Assembly: GCA_963665325.3 (NCBI GenBank)
Contig: CAXXWS020000003.1
Location: 950,981 to 1,014,980 of the forward strand
Source of the DNA: Alphaproteobacteria bacterium
Lineage (GTDB): Bacteria; Pseudomonadota; Alphaproteobacteria; Bin95
Reading direction: 5' to 3'
DNA: 64,000 nucleotides
Position 1 is the stretch's first letter; the number at the start of each line of letters is the position of its first letter. Below are positions 19,592 through 29,895 of the stretch, piece by piece. Made by a program: the position numbers and the translations under genes. The notes below the pieces were generated by a model. It searched no databases, was not told where the DNA came from, and was given only the letters and a program-made list of their open reading frames with translations.

Positions 19592-20204
19592 ACTGCTCTT
19601 CGACGCCGTCCTGAGCCTCCTCGAAGCGCAGGTTTTCCCGCTGCGCGCGGCGCGCCTGGGCGGCTTCCCGCTCGTCCTGGTCGCGCATAATCGACGGCGC
19701 CAGATCGAGCAGGTCCATGAAGAAATCCGCTTGCCGGCGCAGGTCGTCGGACACCATGGGCGGCTGGCTCTTCATCGTGCTGACGACGGTGACGCGCACA
19801 CCGCGGCGCTGCAGCGCCTCCACGAGACGGCGGAAGTCGCCATCGCCCGAGAACAGCACGATATGCTCCAGATTGTCGGCCATCTCCATGGCATCGACAG
19901 CGAGCTCTATATCCATGTTTCCTTTGATTTTACGGCGGCCCATGGCGTCGGTGAACTCGCGTGCCGGCTTGGTGACCATGGTGAAGCCGTTATAGTCGAG
20001 CCAGTCCACCAGCGGGCGGATCGGCGAATACTCCTGATCCTCGATCAACGCCGTGTAATAGAAGGCGCGGATAAGCCGCCCGCGCTTCGAGAAATAGTCG
20101 AGCATCCGCTTGTAGTCGATATTGATGTTCAGGCCGCGCGCGGCGGCATAAAGATTGGCACCGTCGATGAACAGCGCAGTACGTTCTTCCATATATGTGC
20201 GCAT
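19581..20204 (-). CDS. NYN domain (LabA/DUF88-like) protein
   Basis: 207 aa. TALFIDGANLY...KGNMDIELAVDAME...IVLFSGDGDFRRLVEALQRRGVRVTVVS is present. It overlaps the UDG gene start by 11 nt. An alternative start is MEERTALF. Confidence 0.8.
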   Translation of the reverse strand: MRTYMEERTALFIDGANLYAAARGLNINIDYKRMLDYFSKRGRLIRAFYYTALIEDQEYSPIRPLVDWLDYNGFTMVTKPAREFTDAMGRRKIKGNMDIELAVDAMEMADNLEHIVLFSGDGDFRRLVEALQRRGVRVTVVSTMKSQPPMVSDDLRRQADFFMDLLDLAPSIMRDQDEREAAQARRAQRENLRFEEAQDGVEEQYGA

Positions 20205-20294
20205 GGTGTGGGAAACTCCGAAAATCGCGGCAATCCGCTAAACTGATATGGCAACCTAGGCGAGAGGTCGCCGGGCGACAAGGGGCCGCCGGGG

Positions 20295-20789
20295 ATGATT
20301 CTGATCGGATTGGGGGCGAACCTGCCGTCGCCGGAGCACGGGCCGCCGCAGGCGACGCTCGAGGCGGCGCTGGACGCGCTGGGAGCGCAGGGCGCAAATG
20401 TGCTCAGGCGCTCGCCCTGGTACGAGAGCGCGCCGGTGCCGCCGAGCGGGCAGCCCTGGTATGTCAACGCCGTGGCGCAGGTGGAGAGCGCCCTCTCCCC
20501 GCAGGCGCTGCTGGCGGCGCTGCTCGATGTCGAGGCGGGTTTGGGCCGGGTCCGCAGCATCCGCAATGCCTCCCGGACGGTCGATCTCGACCTCCTCGAC
20601 TATCGCGGCCTGGTCACCGGACCCGGCGAGAAGCCCGAACTGCCGCATCCCCGTCTCCATGAGCGCGCCTTCGTGCTGCTGCCGCTCCGCGACCTGGCGC
20701 CCAGCTGGCGCCATCCCACCTCCGGCCGGACGGTGGGTGCGCTAATCGAGGCGCTCGGCCGGCCAGGCCCGGTCCGGTGGCTGCCATAG
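20295..20789 (+). CDS. folK: 2-amino-4-hydroxy-6-hydroxymethyldihydropteridine diphosphokinase
   Basis: 164 aa. ILIGLGANL...RSPWYESAPV...RTVDLDLLDY...PHPRLHERAFVLLPL shows HPPK motifs. Confidence 0.9.
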   Translation: MILIGLGANLPSPEHGPPQATLEAALDALGAQGANVLRRSPWYESAPVPPSGQPWYVNAVAQVESALSPQALLAALLDVEAGLGRVRSIRNASRTVDLDLLDYRGLVTGPGEKPELPHPRLHERAFVLLPLRDLAPSWRHPTSGRTVGALIEALGRPGPVRWLP

Positions 20790-20970
20790 GATTCGTTTGC
20801 AATACTGCCGACAAGGCATTGCCGCACACGCCGCACTGGGTTAAACTGCGCACTTCTTGAGCCCTCGTCCGCCGCCCGGCGGGATTTTCGGCCCCTTCCC
20901 CTTGCGTTCGAATTTTCCGCTTTTGCGGGCGAGTTGGCTTTCAACAGCAACCGATGGACGGTCCGAGGTC

Positions 20971-22272
<1,302 letters not shown>

Positions 22273-22291
22273 CGCCGGGAGGCGCGCTGCC

Positions 22292-22630
22292 ATGTCCGAC
22301 GCCGCTTCGCCGGTGGCGGGCGGAGACACCACCCGGCCCGTCCTGCTGCAAATGGCGGAACGCTATATCTGGTGGAAGACGCCGGAGGACGCCGCCCGCT
22401 ATCCCGACCGGGTGCTGGCGCAGGTCATGGATATCGGCACTTTCGAGGACTGCCGGGACATGAGGGCGGCGTTCGGCGACGAGCGCCTCTGCGCGGTCAT
22501 GCGCCGCGCAGAGCCCGGCTGGTTCCGCGCCCGGAGCTGGGCCTTCTGGCAGACGGCGCTCGGCATCGACGCCGGCCCCCGCCCCGTTCGCCGCAAGCTG
22601 CCGCCCGCCCCTTGGGAGCGCGGCGCATGA
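22292..22630 (+). CDS. hypothetical protein, putative partner (antitoxin-like) of the downstream AbiEii-type nucleotidyltransferase
   Basis: 112-aa ORF with ATG. Its stop overlaps the start of the next gene (ATGA). No recognisable motif, so the assignment rests on position only. Confidence 0.5.
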   Translation: MSDAASPVAGGDTTRPVLLQMAERYIWWKTPEDAARYPDRVLAQVMDIGTFEDCRDMRAAFGDERLCAVMRRAEPGWFRARSWAFWQTALGIDAGPRPVRRKLPPAPWERGA

Positions 22631-23274
22631 CCGGCTTCATGCCGCGCACGGACATTCTGCCCTCGGCGCAGGCCGCGCTCTGGCCTGCGCTTGCGCCGGT
22701 TGCAAGCCTCGGCTTCACGCTTTACGGCGGAACGGCCATCGCGCTCAGGCTCGGGCACCGGGTATCGGAGGATTTCGACCTCTTCAGCGCCACGCCGCTC
22801 GACAGCGATGCGCTGCGCCAGGCCTGCCCCTTCATCGCCGGCAGGCCGGCGCTGCGCGAGGATGACGACAGCTTCATCGTCAGGACGGCGGGAGGCGTGT
22901 TGCTGTCCTTCTTCGGCGGCATCGACAACGGAAGGGTCCGATTGCCCGACACGGCGCCGGAGAACGACCTGCCGATCGCCTCCGCTCTGGACCTGCTGGC
23001 GACGAAGCTCAAGACCATCCTGCAGCGGGCGGCCGCCAGGGTCTATGCGGACATCGCGGAGCTGCTCCGGTCGGGCCTCGGGCTCGAACGAGGCCTCGGC
23101 GCGGCCCGAGCGCTATACGGGCCCGGCTACCCGCCGATGGAATCGGTGCGCGCGCTCTGCTGGTTCGGGGACGGCGACCTCGACACGCTCGTCGAAGAGG
23201 ACCGCAGATTGCTTGCAGACGCGGCCGCCGTGGCCGCAGGCCGCGCCATCCCCGCCGTGCCGCTGCTTCGGTAG
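22627..23274 (+). CDS. nucleotidyltransferase AbiEii/AbiGii toxin family-like protein
   Basis: ATG at 22627, 215 aa. FTLYGGTAIALRLGHRVSEDFDLF is a minimal nucleotidyltransferase GG/S..D.D motif. The downstream ASALDLLATKLKTILQRAAARVYADIAELL resembles the AbiEii family. Confidence 0.7.
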   Translation: MTGFMPRTDILPSAQAALWPALAPVASLGFTLYGGTAIALRLGHRVSEDFDLFSATPLDSDALRQACPFIAGRPALREDDDSFIVRTAGGVLLSFFGGIDNGRVRLPDTAPENDLPIASALDLLATKLKTILQRAAARVYADIAELLRSGLGLERGLGAARALYGPGYPPMESVRALCWFGDGDLDTLVEEDRRLLADAAAVAAGRAIPAVPLLR

Positions 23275-23427
23275 TGTCCGGGCGCGGGGTATGGCGCTGC
23301 GCCGGGGACGGCGGCTTGCCTCGCCCCCCGGCTTTCCTTTCCCCCGTGCGGGTGCAAAACTGCGAACAGCTGGGCAGTGCGCCTGTTTCTGCGTCTCCGC
23401 CTCGGCAAGCCTCGAAGGGAACGGGAT

Positions 23428-25146
23428 ATGGCATTCGATCTGGTTATCGCCGACGGCACGGTGGTGGACGGCTCGGGCATGGCGCGCTACCGCGCCGATG
23501 TCGGCGTCAAGGACGGCCGCATCGCGGAGATCGGCAGGATACGGGCACCGGCGGAGCGGAAGATCGACGCCGAGGGCCGGATCGTCTCTCCCGGCTTCAT
23601 CGACGGGCACACCCACATGGACGCGCAGGTGGCCTGGGATTCGCTCGGCAGCTGCTCCTGCTGGCACGGCGTCACCAGCGTCGTCATGGGGAATTGCGGC
23701 TTCGCGCTCGCCCCCTGCAAGCCCGAGGAGCGGGAGTGGTACGCCGAGTGCCTGGAAGCGGTCGAGGACATTCCCAAGGACGCCATGATGGCCGGCATCG
23801 ACTGGACCTGGGAGACCTTCCCGGAATATCTGGCGACGGTGGACGCACTGCCGAAAGCCATCAACTACGCCTCCTATATCGGCCATTCGGCGCTGCGCAT
23901 GTATGCGATGGGCGAACGCGCGCTCGACGAGCTCGCGACCGACGACGACCTTGAGGCCATGGCCGGGATCGTCGAGGAGGCGATGCGGGCCGGCGCGGTC
24001 GGGCTCTCGACCTCGCGGTCGGTCACCCACACCCGCCCCGGTGGCGGGCCAGTGGCGAGCCGGGTTGCGGACTGGCGCGAGCTCGCGCACCTCGCGGCCG
24101 TCATGGGGCGGCTGAATACGGGCATCCTCCAGCTCGGCCCCGATGTCGCCAGCGGCGCTGCCCAACGGGCCTTCCTCGAGGAGTTGGGCCGGGTTTCGAT
24201 GGACACGGGCCGGCCCGTCATGTTCGGCGCCGTCGCGTTGAAGCAGGGCGACCGGCCCAACCACTGGCAATACCAGATGGACTGGATGGACCGGGTCTCG
24301 GAGGGCGGCGGCCGAGCCTACGGCCAGGGGACGACGCGCTCGATCAACGCCATCTTCACGCTCAAGGCCTATCTGCCCTTCGACGGACTGCCGAGCTGGA
24401 AGACCCTTCGCCAGCGCTCCATCGAGGAGCAGAAGGCCGGCTTCCGCGACCCCGAGCTGCGCGCCCGGCTGGTCTCTGAAGAAGCCTCCATGAAGCCCAG
24501 GGGCACCGAGCTCCAGGGCGGCGGCGCGGCCACCACCGATCCGCGCAAGCCGGACTACGCCAACCTCTTTCCGATGTTCGACGTCAACTGGGACGAACCG
24601 AGCATCGAGGAGATCGCGCGCGAGCGGTCCTGCAACCCGGTCGAGGCGATGATGGACCTCATGCTGGAGAACGAGGACCTGGTCTTCGTGCAGCCGCTGT
24701 TGAACAACGAGCCCGACGACGTGCTGGGCCTGCTCCGCCATCCCCGCACCTTGGCGACCTTCTCCGATTCCGGCGCCCATGTCGCCCAGGAAATGGGCTC
24801 CTCGCTGCAGACCCATATGCTGAGCTACTGGGTCCGTAACAGGCAGGCCTTCACCCTGGAAGAGGCGGTCCGCAAGCTCACTTTCGAGAATGCGTCCGCC
24901 TGGAACATCGCCGACCGCGGCCTGTTGCGGACCGGCATGGCAGCCGACATCGTGGTGTTCGACGAGGCGGCGGTCAAACCGCGCCTGCCGACGGTGGAAT
25001 ACGACCTGCCCGGCGGCGCCCGCAGGCTGGTGCAGAAGGCCGAGGGCATCGACGCCACCATCGTCAATGGCGCGGTCACGCTGGAGAACGGCGAGAGCAC
25101 CGGCGCCATCCCGGGCGCCCTCATCCGGGGGCGGCTGGCGGCTTAG
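23428..25146 (+). CDS. N-acyl-D-amino-acid deacylase (D-aminoacylase) family amidohydrolase
   Basis: The start was set at MAFDLVIADGTVVDGSG. DVGVKDGRIAEIG...SPGFIDGHTHMD is present and the protein is about 570 aa. Its TAG stop is the first 3 nt of the MITE terminus. Confidence 0.85.
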   Translation: MAFDLVIADGTVVDGSGMARYRADVGVKDGRIAEIGRIRAPAERKIDAEGRIVSPGFIDGHTHMDAQVAWDSLGSCSCWHGVTSVVMGNCGFALAPCKPEEREWYAECLEAVEDIPKDAMMAGIDWTWETFPEYLATVDALPKAINYASYIGHSALRMYAMGERALDELATDDDLEAMAGIVEEAMRAGAVGLSTSRSVTHTRPGGGPVASRVADWRELAHLAAVMGRLNTGILQLGPDVASGAAQRAFLEELGRVSMDTGRPVMFGAVALKQGDRPNHWQYQMDWMDRVSEGGGRAYGQGTTRSINAIFTLKAYLPFDGLPSWKTLRQRSIEEQKAGFRDPELRARLVSEEASMKPRGTELQGGGAATTDPRKPDYANLFPMFDVNWDEPSIEEIARERSCNPVEAMMDLMLENEDLVFVQPLLNNEPDDVLGLLRHPRTLATFSDSGAHVAQEMGSSLQTHMLSYWVRNRQAFTLEEAVRKLTFENASAWNIADRGLLRTGMAADIVVFDEAAVKPRLPTVEYDLPGGARRLVQKAEGIDATIVNGAVTLENGESTGAIPGALIRGRLAA

Positions 25147-25414
25147 CCCGCATTTCTCACCAAGGTCACGGCCTGCGTCGCTGTCCAGGCGTTCGCTCCG
25201 CAAGGAGCGGGCCGAAAAGCGTAGCACAGCCTACGGTTGAGGCCCGCGACGCCGCGGGCGGACGCCTGGGCGCGACCCGAAGGGCGGCGCTGTCGGGTCG
25301 GCAGGGTGCGTCGATCCGCTTGCCCGATGCCCCGCATCGCGCTGCGCGTCTCTCCTACCCTGCCGACCCGACAGCGCCGCGCAGACCATGACCCTGGTGA
25401 GAAATGCGGGCTAG
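25144..25414. mobile_element. MITE-like hairpin element, copy 1 (271 bp)
   Basis: The termini TAGCCCGCATTTCTCACCAAGGTCA ... TGACCCTGGTGAGAAATGCGGGCTAG are inverted repeats. It also has a nested perfect 24-bp inverted repeat (25284..25307 / 25357..25380). A second mosaic copy lies at 30867..31210. It has no credible coding capacity. Confidence 0.8.
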
Positions 25415-25653
25415 GAGCGCGACTCGCTCCTGCCGGACCGGCTGCCTTTCGCCGGGCTGCCGCCGGCCGCGGCCCCCTCGTCGCCCCGGACTTCGATCCG
25501 GGGCCCATCCCCGGCCGGTTCGGCCTATGCCGACGCGTCATGCCAGTTTCCGAAATTGGCATTTTCGCTCGCGGCCTTCCGCCAGTAATCGCTCCGGAGC
25601 GTGGCGTTCGCAAGTCTTCCCGATCATCCGGAACGCCACCGATGGGGAAGGCC

Positions 25654-26343
25654 ATGACAATCCGGTTCCGCCTGCTGGACGCCATGGACGAAATCCCGGC
25701 TGGGCTCTGGCAGGACATCATGCGCGAACTCGAGGCAGCCGGGCGGCGGGTCGCACAACTTATCCCGCTGGACCGCCTCGATATCGTCGCAGCGCCCGAA
25801 GCATGGGTACTTCGGGAGTGGGGGCTCTGCGGCTACGCGAACAGTCCCGGCCGAATCACGATTACCTTCGAACCCGGTTCGCCACGCTTGTACGATCCTG
25901 AGCGCTCCGAGAGGATTCTCGGCACGCTCGCCCATGAGCTGCACCATGTGGCGCGGCTTCGAACCGGCGTCGAGACCTACACTCTGGGCGGGCGTTTCGT
26001 CAGCGAGGGTCTTGCCCAGTGCTTCGAGGAAGAAGCCGGCGCGCCGACGCCCTTCTACGCCGTGTCTCTCGACCGCGAGACCATGAAGAAAATGGCGGAG
26101 CGCGCCCGCCCGCTATTGTCAGCGCCGGATTACCCGGATTACGACCACGACGCCTGGATGTTCGGCAGAAGGGGCGATCCCGACTGGCCTCGCAGCGCGG
26201 GATATTCCCTCGGCTATGCGCTGGTGAAGGCGTGGCTCCAGAGGAAAAGGATGTCGGCGGCCGACGCGGCGGGCGTTCCGGCCGACGACATCACCGACGA
26301 CTGGCTCGCCGGCAGAATCTCCCTGCGGCTCCCGCCGGGGTGA
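25654..26343 (+). CDS. DUF2268-like putative zinc-dependent protease
   Basis: ATG at 25654, 229 aa, with the HExxH-type motif LAHELHHVAR. The upstream part of track ORF 25237..26343 lies inside the MITE and was discarded. Confidence 0.65.
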   Translation: MTIRFRLLDAMDEIPAGLWQDIMRELEAAGRRVAQLIPLDRLDIVAAPEAWVLREWGLCGYANSPGRITITFEPGSPRLYDPERSERILGTLAHELHHVARLRTGVETYTLGGRFVSEGLAQCFEEEAGAPTPFYAVSLDRETMKKMAERARPLLSAPDYPDYDHDAWMFGRRGDPDWPRSAGYSLGYALVKAWLQRKRMSAADAAGVPADDITDDWLAGRISLRLPPG

Positions 26344-26365
26344 CCGCCGTTTCGAAAGCCCTGAC

Positions 26366-27076
26366 CTACCAGGTTTCGCCGAAGGGGCGGAGTTCCACAC
26401 GGAAGGACCAGGCCGAGCGGTCCTGATGCGCGACGCGGTACAGCTCCTCCGCTATCGCCGGGGGTTTTGCGAAGAAGTCGTCCGGCTTTCCGGGGGCCAG
26501 CTCCTCGCGGGTGCGCGGCGTGTCGATGGCGGCATCGATGATGAAATAGGCGACGTGGATGCCTTGAGGCCCAAACTCGCGCGCGATGGACTCCGCCAGG
26601 ATGCGCTGCGCCGTCTTGGTCGAGGCGAAAAAGCCGAAATTCCTGCCCCCGCGGGTGGCCGAGGTGTTGCCGGTCACCATGATCGCGCCCTCGCCAGCCT
26701 CCAGCATAGCCGGGATCGTCTCGCGGGCGAGATAGAGCAGCGCCGTCGTGTTGACGCGGAAGTTCCTTTCCAGGTCGTCCGGGTCCAGCTCCAGGATGCC
26801 GCCCCGGGTGGAGCGGAGCGCGTTGTGGACCACGACCCGGGGCGCGCCCATCTCCGCCTTCACGCGGGCGACGGTCCCGACCAGCGCGTCGAGGTCGGCC
26901 ACGTCGCAGCTATAGGCGTGCGTGTCCTCATACTTGTCGGCGAGCGCAGCCAGATTGTCCGCATTGCGGGCCAGCATGGCGACCCGGTAGCCGCCTTCGC
27001 TGAAGCGTTTGGCGGTCTCGGCGCCGGTGCCGCCTTCGGGCCCGACGCCGGTGACGAGGCAGACAGGCTTGCTCAT
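26366..27076 (-). CDS. SDR family oxidoreductase
   Basis: The start was set at MSKPVCLVTGVGPEGGTGAETAKRF, which is a TGxxxGxG-type motif. NALRS and the active-site region ASTKTAQRIL are present. 236 aa. Confidence 0.85.
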   Translation of the reverse strand: MSKPVCLVTGVGPEGGTGAETAKRFSEGGYRVAMLARNADNLAALADKYEDTHAYSCDVADLDALVGTVARVKAEMGAPRVVVHNALRSTRGGILELDPDDLERNFRVNTTALLYLARETIPAMLEAGEGAIMVTGNTSATRGGRNFGFFASTKTAQRILAESIAREFGPQGIHVAYFIIDAAIDTPRTREELAPGKPDDFFAKPPAIAEELYRVAHQDRSAWSFRVELRPFGETW

Positions 27077-27086
27077 GCCCGACGGC

Positions 27087-27719
27087 CTAGAGCTGGAAGG
27101 CCGGGCGCGCCGACACCTTCTGGAACCAGGCGTGGGTGGCGGGCCAGGACGCGCCGATATCCATTTCCAGCGCATAGGCCATGCGGAGCGTGAAGAACGC
27201 GGTGATGTCGGCCACGCTGAAGCCCGGCCCGGCGACGAATTCGTTCTGCGCCATATGCGGCTCAGCGCGGTCGAAGAGCACTCCGGCCATCTCCTTGCCG
27301 CGGCTGACCATGGCCTCAGACTGCGGCAGGTCCGAGCGTGTGCCCGGCACGACCCTGCCGGCGAAGTTCGGCAGATGGTTGCGCAGCGCGTGCAGGAGCG
27401 GGATGAAGGCGTCCAGCTCGAAGCGGCGCATCCACATGTCGATGACGGCGCGCTCGGCCGGCGTGCGTCCGAACAGCGGCGGCTCCGGGTGCAGCTCTTC
27501 CAGATAGCTGCAGATCGACATCGATTCCGCGATCACCGTGCCGTCATCGAGCGTCATGAACGGCACGCAGTGGAAGGGGTTCATGGACATGAACGGCTCG
27601 GCGAACAGCGCGCCCTCGCGCACGTTCACCTGTTCGGTCGGGACCTCCAGCCCCTTCTCGGCCAGATAGACGCGGACGCGCTGGGAACTGGGCGCCAGCT
27701 CAAAATCGTAGAACTTCAT
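27087..27719 (-). CDS. glutathione S-transferase family protein
   Basis: 210 aa. MKFYDFELAPSSQRVRVYLAEKGL...NPFHCVPFMTLDDGTVIAESMSICSYLEE is a GST N-terminal domain, followed by a C-terminal helical domain. Confidence 0.85.
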   Translation of the reverse strand: MKFYDFELAPSSQRVRVYLAEKGLEVPTEQVNVREGALFAEPFMSMNPFHCVPFMTLDDGTVIAESMSICSYLEELHPEPPLFGRTPAERAVIDMWMRRFELDAFIPLLHALRNHLPNFAGRVVPGTRSDLPQSEAMVSRGKEMAGVLFDRAEPHMAQNEFVAGPGFSVADITAFFTLRMAYALEMDIGASWPATHAWFQKVSARPAFQL

Positions 27720-27781
27720 CTTCGTTTCCTCTCGCGCCGGCAGGGTCCGGCGCGTTCTTCGTTGTGTTTCGTCGGGTTATC

Positions 27782-28705
27782 TCAGTCGAACATGTCGGGC
27801 TGGGTGCGCACCAGATGGTCGTAGTCCGTCTGGAAGCAGAGCCATGCGGTGTAGTCGCTGCCGACATGCTCGCGGCTGTAGCGGGCCTTGTCGGCCGGAA
27901 TCTCGATCGGCTCGCGGCCCGAGGCCTCGATCATGAGCTGCTGCTGACAGCAGCGCTCCAGCGCCATGAACATGAAGGCGGCGGCGTCGATGCTGTGGCG
28001 GCTTACGGTGAAGAGGCCGTGGTTCTGGTGGATCGCGGCGCGCACGCCCTTGAAGGCCGGCGCGATGCTGGCGCCCGCGCCGCGCTCGACCGCTACCTGG
28101 CCCGACTCCTCCCGGATCACCGCATGGTCCTCGAAGAACTGGCAGGCATCCTGGGTGATCGGCGCGAGCGGACGGCCCTGCGCGGAATAGGCCGAGCCGT
28201 AGAGCGTGTGGGCATGGCACATCGCAAGGATGTCCGGATGCTCGGCATGGACGGCCGCGTGCAGCACGAAGCCCGCCCGGTTGACCGCATAGTCCCCCTC
28301 GACGACCCGGCCGTCATGGTCCACCAGGATGAGGTTGGACAGCTTCACCTCGGCGAAATGCACCGCCATCGGGTTGGTCCAGTAAAGCTCCGGATGCTCC
28401 GGATCGCGGATCGTCAGATGGCCGGCGAAGCCGTAATCCAGCCCCCAGCGCGCAAAGGCCCGGCAGGCGCCGACCAGATGGCGCTTGCGGTGCTCGCGCA
28501 GCTCCACCGGGTCGTTGGTGTTCAGCTCCTGGGGGAATTTCAGGCCCGCCTGCTCGGGCTGGTAAACGGATATGCGGTCTCCAAGGTCGAGCATTGCGAG
28601 CCCCCAGCGATGTTGCCAACCGGAATGCGCGCCGGAACCATAAACGAGCGGGTTCTCCGCTCCAACCCATGGGGCCCACTCCATGTGCGTGTCATGAAAT
28701 GTCAT
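27782..28705 (-). CDS. class II aldolase/adducin domain protein
   Basis: 307 aa. GFAGHLTIRDP...NLILVDHDGRVVEG...AGFVLHAAVH...AMCHAHTLYGSA...IHQNHGLFTV is present. Confidence 0.85.
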   Translation of the reverse strand: MTFHDTHMEWAPWVGAENPLVYGSGAHSGWQHRWGLAMLDLGDRISVYQPEQAGLKFPQELNTNDPVELREHRKRHLVGACRAFARWGLDYGFAGHLTIRDPEHPELYWTNPMAVHFAEVKLSNLILVDHDGRVVEGDYAVNRAGFVLHAAVHAEHPDILAMCHAHTLYGSAYSAQGRPLAPITQDACQFFEDHAVIREESGQVAVERGAGASIAPAFKGVRAAIHQNHGLFTVSRHSIDAAAFMFMALERCCQQQLMIEASGREPIEIPADKARYSREHVGSDYTAWLCFQTDYDHLVRTQPDMFD

Positions 28706-29119
28706 GTTTTGTCATGCTCCGCCATTGCGGAGGCCTTTCCTCCATCGCGTTTCGTTCCGTCCGCGCACCCCCCGTCCTCCAGGCCGGGGCGCGGACCCTG
28801 TTTCGCGCGTATCGCCTGCCCGCGCCCGCCCGTGTCAGCGCCGGCGCGGTTCGCGCGCCTGATTGCGCCCGCGCGAGGCAGACGCGGGGCGCACCTTTCC
28901 CGTGCGTTTCTTCGGGGTTTTTCCGCGCCGGCGCGAAAGGGAAGGAACCGGCCCCGCGGATGCCGCTTCTTCCTGCCCCATCATAGCACATTTTCTCAGT
29001 AGTCAAGTCTCAATCGGGAATTATTTCTCTATTTCCGAATGAATCGTGTCTTCCGGCCGGAAACCGGACGCCGCCGAGGTGGATGGGTTCATCCGGCAGC
29101 CCCTGGCTCCGACGCGCCC

Positions 29120-29506
29120 TCAGGGCTCCTCCACCCTGACAGGCGCATCCCCCGCCGCCTCGATGAAGTGCCGGTCGAAAGTCAGCATGGCCTCGCAGCC
29201 GGCGGCAGCGCCGAGATGCAGCGCATCGGCGAAGTCCATGCCCTCTTCCGCCCGGGCGAGGGCTTCAGCCAGCAGGGAGGGGTTTTCCACCGAGACCCCC
29301 GGCAATCCCGCAAAGCTCCGGAGGGCTACCGCCACCTCCTTTCCGGTAAAGCCGTAAACGCTGCGCAGTACCCATTCACTTTCGAGCAGGACGGTCGTGC
29401 CCGCGAAAATACCCCCTGCGTCCACTGCCGCCCGCGCCCTTGCGGCCTGCCCCGGATCGTCGCCGATCAGGTAGCGGACCACGATATTGGTATCAACCGC
29501 CCGCAT
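29120..29506 (-). CDS. PIN domain ribonuclease, VapC-like toxin
   Basis: The start was set at MRAVDTNIVVRYLIGDDPGQAARA (ATG 29506), 128 aa. Acidic PIN residues DTN...E...D(ALH)...FD are present. Confidence 0.8.
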   Translation of the reverse strand: MRAVDTNIVVRYLIGDDPGQAARARAAVDAGGIFAGTTVLLESEWVLRSVYGFTGKEVAVALRSFAGLPGVSVENPSLLAEALARAEEGMDFADALHLGAAAGCEAMLTFDRHFIEAAGDAPVRVEEP

Positions 29507-29768
29507 GGCGCCGCTTCGCTTCCGCGAGCACCCCCGCTTCCATCTCCTCCAGAGACCTGGGCGGACCGTCGTAGGCAAGACAACCGAACACATCCTCGGG
29601 CCGGGTTTCGGCGAATGCCGGCGCGGGCCTCAGCACCACGCCGCCGGGCGTGTCCTCCACGACCAGCTGCGTACCGGCCTCCCACCCCAGCTTCCTGCGA
29701 ATCGCGCTCGGCAGAACCACCTGGCCCTTTGTCGAGACGGTAGCGGTGAGCCGTTCCTGCACCGGCAT
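29493..29768 (-). CDS. AbrB/MazE/SpoVT family antitoxin (VapB-like)
   Basis: 91 aa. TVSTKGQVVLPSAIRRKLGWEAGTQLVVED is a SpoVT-AbrB swapped-hairpin motif. It overlaps the PIN gene by 14 nt. Confidence 0.8.
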   Translation of the reverse strand: MPVQERLTATVSTKGQVVLPSAIRRKLGWEAGTQLVVEDTPGGVVLRPAPAFAETRPEDVFGCLAYDGPPRSLEEMEAGVLAEAKRRHAGG

Positions 29769-29895
29769 CGATGTCCCTCCTACAGCAGCTTGAGGTAAGA
29801 CAAAAGTAAGATACTCACATTGGGCTCCGGGGCCAAGAGCAAAACCCGAAGCATCCCCAAGACTTCAGTGAAAGGTCGGCGCGACGGCCGTACTG

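Noticed and set aside
20870-20905. Possible attenuator hairpin (CCGCC-gccc-GGCGG followed by ATTTTC) in the rho leader
   Set aside because: The stem is only 5 bp with a weak T-tract. Rho autoregulation is known to be Rho-dependent rather than hairpin-dependent, so evidence is insufficient.
25143-25721. ORFs lying inside the two MITE copies (e.g. 25143..25721, 25237..25653, 30961..31461, 30995..31210)
   Set aside because: They are generated by the palindromic GC-rich repeat itself and differ between the copies because of indels. They have biased Arg/Pro/Ala composition, so coding is not supported.
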